Shown here: one piece after another, positions 57,607-64,000 of the stretch
Numbering within the stretch: the first letter of the stretch is position 1
Layout of the letters: each line of letters starts with the position of its first letter
Assembly: GCA_963776225.1 (NCBI GenBank)
Contig: CAVZLL010000002.1
Coordinates: 151,585 to 215,584, forward strand
From: an uncultured Acidimicrobiaceae bacterium
GTDB lineage: Bacteria > Actinomycetota > Acidimicrobiia > Acidimicrobiales > RAAP-2
Reading direction: 5' to 3'
Length of the DNA stretch: 64,000 nt
Notes under the pieces: model-generated
The model's input: only the letters and a program-made list of their open reading frames with translations
Databases searched by the model: none
What the model was told of the DNA's origin: nothing
Program-made: the position numbers and the translations under genes

Positions 57607-58285
57607 GAGACCACGTCCAGGAATCCGCCCATGTACCCGACCGTGCTCATCGGTCCGCCGTTGCCGTACAGGAAGCCGAGACCGCAGGGCACGAAGCACT
57701 GCCACGGGTACTCGCCCGGCACCGGGCGTCATGATCGAGAACTTGAGGATGTTGTGCACGTTGCCACTTTCCCCGCAGGGCGCAGTGCTGCACACGTTGG
57801 TCGCGTTGGGGTCGACCCCGACCAGCGGCACGTTGACCCCGAGGGTGGGGATGGCGAACGTGTGGCCGACCCCGTTCGTGCTGTTGGAGTCGTAGACCGA
57901 GAAGGTGCTTGCCGTTGAGCTCGGCCGTGTGCCCGATGGTCCCCTGCACCTGTCCCCACTGCTGGTTACGGAGCGGGCTCCCGCTGTCGAATTGCTCGAT
58001 CGTGAAGTTGATCCGGGTGTGGGCCGGCACCTTCCAGGTGGTCGTGTGGATCCACTGGCCCGCCGGGTTCTCGACCAGATAGGAGACCCAGGTGGGGTGG
58101 GGGCCGAAGCCGATGCTCCCCACGGTCTGCAGGGTGATGTCGACCGGCGCACCCGCCGGCTGGGCCGAGGTGAAGTCGACGACGGCGGGCTGCGGGGTCA
58201 GATAGGTCACCACCGCGTAGACCACCAGTGCGACGGCCACCGCGAGGAGGCCGACGAACGTGGCGATCCTTCCTCCGTACGACAT
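57603..58285 (-). pseudogene. membrane-anchored cupredoxin-like protein upstream of ctaC, two frame switches
   Basis: MSYGGRIATFVGLLAVAVALVVYAVV... is in ORF 57647..58327. STFSVYDSNSTNGVGHTFAIPTLGVNVPL... is in the frame of ORF 55957..58152. Own translation of the third frame gives EYPWQCFVPCGLGFLYGNGGPMSTVGYMGGFLDVVS*. There is an AGGAG RBS, and the TGA overlaps the ctaC GTG. Confidence 0.65.
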
Positions 58286-58522
58286 GCTGGCTCCTGACGC
58301 AATCGTACTCCCGCGCGCATGCATCACCCGCGGTGTCGGCGCCGGACCCGCACCCCCATCTTGCGGCCGAAACGAGCCGCTCGCCCCCGGTGTGGAACCG
58401 GCAACGGACCGACAGTAGGACCGGGACCGATGGTGGTCAAGTACCTGGTCTGACGACGCTGCGGCCCCCGGAACCTCGCCCCGGAGCCCCGACCCGGGAC
58501 CGGGCCCGACCGGTTCAGCCGC

Positions 58523-59485
58523 TCAGCGGCTGCCCCCGGCCCGTGCCCTGGCGGCCTGGAACGCCTCGGCCGACGGCACCGGACCCCGCCCGCCGAGCCG
58601 GTCGATCACCGTGCTCCACGAGCCGTCCTGGTCGATGATCCGCCTGAACACCACGATCAGCGCGGGGATCGCCCAGAAGTCACCGCACACCCACAGGATT
58701 GCCGCCCCGATCTGCTGGTCGGCGAACGGGGGCAGGGTGACGCCGGGGACGTTCGCGTAGCCCGGGTACCAGCTGGCCGCGCTGAAGATGCTCAACGCCA
58801 TGGCCAGGACGAACATCACCATGTTGGTGGAGATGATGGCCCCCGCCTGCCAGATCGGGCTCGCCTTCGGGCGCATCGGGTGGGAGGGGATGATCTGGAG
58901 CCAGAACAGGACCCCGGTGACGAAGAAACTGCCGTGCATGAGCCAGATGTGGACGGTCTGGTTCTGCTCGGCGAGGTCGAAGAGCGCCGGCACGTGCCAG
59001 GCCACCATCACCACATTGAAGGAGACCAGCGCGAACCAGGGGTTCAGCACCACCCGGCCGAATGTCCGGAACACCGACGACCAGGCGCCGAGGATCAGGA
59101 ACCGGCCGACCCTGCGCCTGAGCCCGACCGGGAGGGCGAACAGCAGCGGGATCCAGGGGGCCCCGGCCACGATGAGGATGGGAGCGTAGAAGGCGATGAG
59201 CAGGTGCTCGATCATGTGCACGAAGAAGTAGTCGCCCGCCCAGTAGTCGATGGGTGATTCGACCGCGATGAGCAGGACGCCCAGTCCCGCGTAGAAGGCC
59301 AGCGAGCGGAGCCGGCGCTGCCTGGTGCGTGCAGCGACCGAGCGGGTTCGCAGCCGTGCCAGGCCGACCTCGTTGGCGACCACGAGGACGGAAACCACCA
59401 CCAGGAACGGATCGAACGACCAGTCGTCGATGAGGTAGTGCACGACGGAACTCCAGTGCCCCCGTCTGCGAGGTGGGTGGTCCAA
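58523..59485 (-). CDS. ctaG: CtaG (caa3-type) cytochrome c oxidase assembly factor
   Basis: FFVHMIEHLLIAFYAPILIVAGAPWIPLL ... WHVPALFDLAEQN ... FADQQIGAAILWVCGDFW, with about 7 TM segments. Confidence 0.8.
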   Translation of the reverse strand: MDHPPRRRGHWSSVVHYLIDDWSFDPFLVVVSVLVVANEVGLARLRTRSVAARTRQRRLRSLAFYAGLGVLLIAVESPIDYWAGDYFFVHMIEHLLIAFYAPILIVAGAPWIPLLFALPVGLRRRVGRFLILGAWSSVFRTFGRVVLNPWFALVSFNVVMVAWHVPALFDLAEQNQTVHIWLMHGSFFVTGVLFWLQIIPSHPMRPKASPIWQAGAIISTNMVMFVLAMALSIFSAASWYPGYANVPGVTLPPFADQQIGAAILWVCGDFWAIPALIVVFRRIIDQDGSWSTVIDRLGGRGPVPSAEAFQAARARAGGSR

Positions 59486-59500
59486 CCCTATCCCGGTCGG

Positions 59501-60772
59501 TCAGCCGGAGCTGCCGTACTGGATGGGCACGTCGACGCTGGCTCGGTGCAGCCAGCGGCCCCCGACCAGCGCGTCGACGTCGAGTGTGGAACCGGAAGAC
59601 GAGAGTGCCTCGAACTGCCCGCCTGGCTCCGCCACCACCAGGCCGGTCGACCACGGCAGCCGGGGCAGCGTCCGCCAGACCGAACCGGGCGAGGTCACCG
59701 AGGCGGTCGCTGCACCCCGACCACCGGCCAGCACCACCACCATCCCCCCGGTCGGGGTCAGCGACGTCGAGACGACGGAGTGGCCGCCGGTTGCGAGGGA
59801 TGCCGAGATCGACCAGGGGGCAGCACCGTCGGGACCGGAGACCAGCACCAGGCGGGCCGTCGGTCCCGTGCCCGAACCGACCAGCGCGGTGAGCACTCCG
59901 GCCGTGTCCACCAGCCGCTCGACACGGACCGGGACGTCCCGGGCCGGAAGATGCGGTCCGACCGGCCGGCCGGCCGCTCCTTCCAGGCGGTAGATGGGGA
60001 CCGCCGTCCCCGTCGCGCACGCGCCCCCGGCGTACCGCTGCTCCGGGTAGCCAGGACCGGGCCCGGCAAGGGCCACCCCGGTCAGCGCGGTGAGGGCGCA
60101 CCCGGTGGACCTCGTCGCCGTCGCCAGCGCCCGTTCCGTGACCACCGTCGTCCAGGTGTCGAGGTCGCCGGTCGAGGACACCACCTCGCCCCCGCCACCG
60201 GTGAGCACGGCCAACCGCGAGGTCGGTCCTGACGCCGCCAACGCGTCGGGACCCTGGGCCAGGCTGCCCGGCAGCACTCCGGTCGACCAGGTCGATGCCC
60301 GGTCACTGGTCTCGGTCACCGGGGAGAAGTGCAGGTCGAGGGAGGTCCCGAACCCGACGAAGAGCGCCCCGTCGGGGTTGGGGGCGGTGATCAGTCCACC
60401 GTTGGTGGCCACCCCCGGCGGGGTGGCCAGGACCCACTCTCCGCCTGGCGGACAGCCGGCGCCGGCCGTACACGATCCGGTGCGGTCGAACAGCTGCCAG
60501 AACGTGTCGACGGGGTTGCCGAGCTGGCCCATGGCCAACGTTGCCCAGGTGCCCGCCGGGCCGGAGAACGCCTGCGGCAGCGGGAGAATGCCCGTCCCGC
60601 CCGCGTCGACCGCAGCATCAGCGGACCCGTCGGCTCCCGAGGTGGGAGCGGACGGGGAGCACCCGGCAACGGCAGCCGCCAGCACCACGACGCCCGCCAC
60701 GACGGCGACCGGCAACCGGGAGCGGCTCCTCCGCCGGCCCCCTGCGAGGCCCCCGCGGCCGGTGAACCTCAC
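59501..60772 (-). CDS. secreted lipoprotein of unknown function (Gly/Thr/Ser-rich, beta-rich)
   Basis: The GTG overlaps the upstream TGA (GTGA). Signal peptide with lipobox is LPVAVVAGVVVLAAAVAGCS. Confidence 0.7.
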   Translation of the reverse strand: MRFTGRGGLAGGRRRSRSRLPVAVVAGVVVLAAAVAGCSPSAPTSGADGSADAAVDAGGTGILPLPQAFSGPAGTWATLAMGQLGNPVDTFWQLFDRTGSCTAGAGCPPGGEWVLATPPGVATNGGLITAPNPDGALFVGFGTSLDLHFSPVTETSDRASTWSTGVLPGSLAQGPDALAASGPTSRLAVLTGGGGEVVSSTGDLDTWTTVVTERALATATRSTGCALTALTGVALAGPGPGYPEQRYAGGACATGTAVPIYRLEGAAGRPVGPHLPARDVPVRVERLVDTAGVLTALVGSGTGPTARLVLVSGPDGAAPWSISASLATGGHSVVSTSLTPTGGMVVVLAGGRGAATASVTSPGSVWRTLPRLPWSTGLVVAEPGGQFEALSSSGSTLDVDALVGGRWLHRASVDVPIQYGSSG

Positions 60773-62622
60773 GAGTTGGCGACGTGCTGGACCTGCGCCG
60801 CGAGCAGCGTGGAGAACGACGAGTGAAGTGCCGTGGCCCCCTGGCCCCCCGGGTCGGAGTTCATCACGACCCGCAGATGGCCGGTGCGGTCGATCACGCA
60901 CAGCAGGTCGGAATGCGCGACCATCGCGCCGCCGGGCGCGACGGCGGTCTGGAGACCGTAGCTGTTCCACGTGTTCTCGAGTTGGGGGAGCGGTCCGGTC
61001 AGGTAGTGCCAGTTGGGGAGCTGGTCGAGTCCCTCCTGCCGGGTGAAGGCCATGGTGACCGCCGTCGACCGGTAGAGCGGGTTGGCGTTGACGGCAACCA
61101 GCTCAACGCTGGCGGCATCGCTTCCGAGCATCTGGTCGGTGATCCGCAGCTCCTGGGCGATCAGCGGGCAGTCCGTGGTGCAGACCGGGTCGAGGAAGGT
61201 GAGCACGACGGTGTGACCGGCCAGACCGGCCAGGCTCACCGTTCGGCCGTTCTGGTCGGTGAAGGAGAACGCCGGAGCCGGCGAGTCGACGTAGTCGGGT
61301 GTGCCGTCGGCGGCCTCGGTGAGGATCGGGTCGGCGTTGGGATTGGTGGCGGCCAGCGCCATCGGTGTCGCTCCGACCAGCACGATGCCGACCGCACAGA
61401 TCGCGGCCAGGCTCCGGAGCAGGTAGGAGGGGCTCAGGCGGTCGAGCCAACCGGTCGGTCCGTCCGCTGCATCGACGGTCTCGGCCGCCGGTGCGGCGAC
61501 GGGCGCGGTGGCACGCACCGGCAGGCGCACCATGGCCAGGTACCCGGCGGAGAAGAACAGGGCCATCGGGATCATCGAGTTGGGATCCGTGCCGACCCCT
61601 CCGAAGAACCCGAAGTCCTCGACGAGCACCCAATCGGCGAGGCAGACCACGATTCCCGCCGCCACCCCCATCCGGGCAGGTCCTCGACGGCCGGTCAGCA
61701 TGAGAGCCCCGATCGCGGCGAGCAGCACCACGACGACCAGGTTGACCCCCCACCCGTGGGCGGCGTCGAACGACCCGAAGTCGCGCGCCCAGGATGCGGT
61801 CAGCGACGGCTGCGAGAGCGCTGCCATCTGGCGCTCCATCGCGGTGAGCGTCCCGGCCGTGCCGACCGGGTGGGGCTGTCCGGTCCAGAATCCCCGACCC
61901 GGCCAGGCCTGGAGGAGCGCCATCCCGAGGAAGTAGAGGCCGGTCACCCGGAGCACGGCCTTGCCGAGACGGGGTGTCTCCCAGGCCGGATCGGCCAACG
62001 CGACGAGAAGGCCCGCGGCGACGTAGAACACCGCCGCGCCCGGTGCCCCGAAGAGCCAGCTGCTGCCCTGCCCGAAGATCCCCCCGAATGCCTCCCCGAA
62101 GACCCAGACGATGAGGCCCCACCCGGCGCTCACCAGGCCGGCGGTCCGCGACCAGCGGCCCCGCGGCGCGACCAGGAGGAAGACGCCGATCCCCACCTGG
62201 ATCCACACCGTGGCGGCCGCTGCGGGCACCGGATGGTTGTTCCAGATGGTGACGCCGGAGTTGACCAGGTGCTGGACCCACCCGGGTGAGGAGGAGGCCG
62301 CTGGGGTGATCACCTGACCGGTGAGCCCGAGGGGCATCGAGCCCTGGGTCTGGAGGATGCCGTCGAAGATCCAGATGACCCCGAAGGAGATCCGGAGGAG
62401 CCGGCGGGCGGCCGGCTCCGGATATGGCCAGGGAACGGACGACGGAACGCCGAGCGTCCCTGCGGTGACCGCCCGCCGGAAGCGGAGGGTGCGGATCGTG
62501 TTCCAGACGATGGCGAGAAGGGTCGCGAGCAGGAGCACCACGATGAGCTGATGGTCCAATGCCGAGCGGAAGGCGGCGCCGACAGCGGGGTCGTTGGTCG
62601 GCACCCCGTGCCCCATGTTCAT
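60769..62622 (-). CDS. fusion protein: about 430-aa polytopic membrane domain + C-terminal SCO1/SenC domain
   Basis: About 10 hydrophobic segments are followed by VVLTFLDPVCTTDCP (CxxxCP) and MVAHSDLLCVID (conserved His). The start is at the internal ATG (MNMGHG). Confidence 0.8.
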   Translation of the reverse strand: MNMGHGVPTNDPAVGAAFRSALDHQLIVVLLLATLLAIVWNTIRTLRFRRAVTAGTLGVPSSVPWPYPEPAARRLLRISFGVIWIFDGILQTQGSMPLGLTGQVITPAASSSPGWVQHLVNSGVTIWNNHPVPAAAATVWIQVGIGVFLLVAPRGRWSRTAGLVSAGWGLIVWVFGEAFGGIFGQGSSWLFGAPGAAVFYVAAGLLVALADPAWETPRLGKAVLRVTGLYFLGMALLQAWPGRGFWTGQPHPVGTAGTLTAMERQMAALSQPSLTASWARDFGSFDAAHGWGVNLVVVVLLAAIGALMLTGRRGPARMGVAAGIVVCLADWVLVEDFGFFGGVGTDPNSMIPMALFFSAGYLAMVRLPVRATAPVAAPAAETVDAADGPTGWLDRLSPSYLLRSLAAICAVGIVLVGATPMALAATNPNADPILTEAADGTPDYVDSPAPAFSFTDQNGRTVSLAGLAGHTVVLTFLDPVCTTDCPLIAQELRITDQMLGSDAASVELVAVNANPLYRSTAVTMAFTRQEGLDQLPNWHYLTGPLPQLENTWNSYGLQTAVAPGGAMVAHSDLLCVIDRTGHLRVVMNSDPGGQGATALHSSFSTLLAAQVQHVANS

Positions 62623-62828
62623 CGAGCTACCACGCTTCCCTCTGACTTCCGGGTGGTCCGGATCCTCTGGAGGGCCGACATCCCGGACCGGCGCCCGCCC
62701 GGTGCCGGTGTCCGCGTCGGCGACCCTGGACGGCCCACTGTAGATCCCGGACGGAGGCGTCCCCAAGGCAGCCCCCGTCGGCGCGACCCGCGGCTGACGA
62801 CGCTGGAGCCGCGTCCGGCGCCCACCGG

Positions 62829-63320
62829 TCAGCCCGGAGCACCCCCTGGGGCAGGTCCGGTTCCGTGCGGGGCTCGACGACCGGATTCGGCCACCGCGTC
62901 CTGCTCCGCCTGCGCGGCGAGGAGCTCCCGCCGGTGGGCCTCCCATGCATCGAGCATCCCGGCGTACTCGGGGGCCACGGCGGGTCGGGTCGCACGGGAA
63001 CGGGCGGCCGAGCGCCGGGTGGAGCGGCCCCCGTGGAGCACGTTCCACCACATGTAGACGGCGAACACGGCGAACAGCGGCCACTCGAAGACGTAGGCCC
63101 AGCTCAGTGAATTGCCCCCGAGGGCCCGGCCGAGCTCGAACCAGAATGCCGTGATGCAGAGGGCGAGGCCCAACAAGAGGGTGATGTGGACCCTGACGGC
63201 TTCCGGCCCGCGGAGGCGAAGGAGTCCGACCTCGGCACCCTCGCCGTGGCCGACGGAATACGTCGAGTCGTCCGATCCGGCCGGCCCGGCGGCGGGCTCG
63301 GGGACCTGGGGACCATCCAC
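62829..63320 (-). CDS. small membrane protein, unknown function
   Basis: Two TM segments (ITLLLGLALCITAFWF, WPLFAVFAVYMWWNVL) and a charged tail. The start is uncertain. Confidence 0.5.
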   Translation of the reverse strand: MDGPQVPEPAAGPAGSDDSTYSVGHGEGAEVGLLRLRGPEAVRVHITLLLGLALCITAFWFELGRALGGNSLSWAYVFEWPLFAVFAVYMWWNVLHGGRSTRRSAARSRATRPAVAPEYAGMLDAWEAHRRELLAAQAEQDAVAESGRRAPHGTGPAPGGAPG

Positions 63321-63397
63321 CGCGATCAGCCTACCGGCCGACGGCTGGTCCCTCCCACGGTCGGTTGCATCGGTTCGAGCGTTTCGCCGCGGGTCGT

Positions 63398-64000
63398 CTA
63401 CTCGCCGAAGAGCAGGCTGTAGTCGGCGCCCCGCCGGAGATGGTGGCCTCCGTCGACCGGCAGGTTGACCCCGGTGATCCACCCGGACTCCGGGCCCGCC
63501 AGGAACCGGACCGTCGCCGCAACGTCCTCGACGGTGCCAAGCCGGCTGATCGCCATGTTGGCCAGGTAGTCGTCGAGCAGTGGTCCCCCAGCGGTGATCA
63601 TCGCCATCAGCGCGTCGTCGACGATGCCAGGCTGCACCGAGTTGACCCGGACACCGGTCGATCCGAGCTCCTCGGCGGCATACCGGCAGAGCATGTCGAT
63701 CCCCGCCTTGGAGGCGCCGTAGGCCCAGAGCCAGCGGTGAGGGAAGTGGCCGGCCCCCGATGACATCGCGACGATCGAACCGCCGGGCGCATCGCCTCCG
63801 CCGACGCCCTTCCCGACACCGGCCGCCATCAGCGGGGCAGCGTGCTTGATGCAGAGGTAGGTCCCGATCAGGTTGAGGTCGACGGTCGCCCGGACCGCGG
63901 CAGTGTCCGCCCCGACGATCGGCCCCATCTGGAGGCTCCCGCCGGCGCAGGCGAACAGGATGTCCAGCCGGCCACGGGCCGACGCAGCCTCTGCGACAGC
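63398..64000 (-). CDS. SDR-family oxidoreductase, C-terminal part (gene continues past window end)
   Basis: YGASKAGIDMLCRYAAEEL (YxxxK), RVNSVQPG, and C-terminal ITGVNLPVDGG. Confidence 0.85.
   Translation of the reverse strand, partial: AVAEAASARGRLDILFACAGGSLQMGPIVGADTAAVRATVDLNLIGTYLCIKHAAPLMAAGVGKGVGGGDAPGGSIVAMSSGAGHFPHRWLWAYGASKAGIDMLCRYAAEELGSTGVRVNSVQPGIVDDALMAMITAGGPLLDDYLANMAISRLGTVEDVAATVRFLAGPESGWITGVNLPVDGGHHLRRGADYSLLFGE

Overview
High-GC (about 70% by eye) actinobacterial chromosome segment. The gene content and regulatory motifs point to Actinomycetota: CIRCE, a GAAC-N4-GTTC LexA box, F420-type LLM and PPOX enzymes, HemQ, a LigC/Prim-Pol repair module, and ECF41- and ECF42-type sigma modules. 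I could support about 65 genes. Housekeeping genes are lhr, recA, the rimO-pgsA-cinA run, stand-alone groEL, hemQ, pheA and two tRNA-Ser. The Ni-pincer cofactor genes are split into larE and larB-larC, and no larA is visible. A DNA-repair block holds a FEN-like nuclease, a LigC-like ligase, an HhH-PHP protein and a Prim-Pol. A roughly 15 kb block combines copper delivery with an aa3 oxidase: TlpA-like, two Sco domains, two CtaG-like proteins, an extra cupredoxin and ctaCDE. Two short lower-GC patches look accessory: 6.1-7.9 kb with an IS1595 transposase remnant, and 34.4-35.9 kb next to tRNA-Ser. I found no CRISPR array, no intact mobile element and no recognisable defence system. The most unusual observations are: (1) the larB-larC gap consists entirely of 7 tandem 14-nt units, each being Shine-Dalgarno + GTG + overlapping TGA, which gives a chain of 5-codon mini-ORFs; (2) a perfect 9 x 9-nt tandem repeat lies in a divergent promoter region; (3) about 20 frameshifts are confined to three loci (oxidoreductase 215-1448, Prim-Pol/PHP 40.6-42.7 kb, oxidase operon 53.9-58.3 kb), while long neighbours such as the 4.4 kb lhr are intact; (4) a divergent pair of citrate-synthase-fold proteins is fused to HTH and CBS domains. 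Coordinates of non-ORF features were counted by eye and may be off by 1-2 nt. The long Arg/Pro/Gly-rich ORFs in the track are antisense shadows of real genes.
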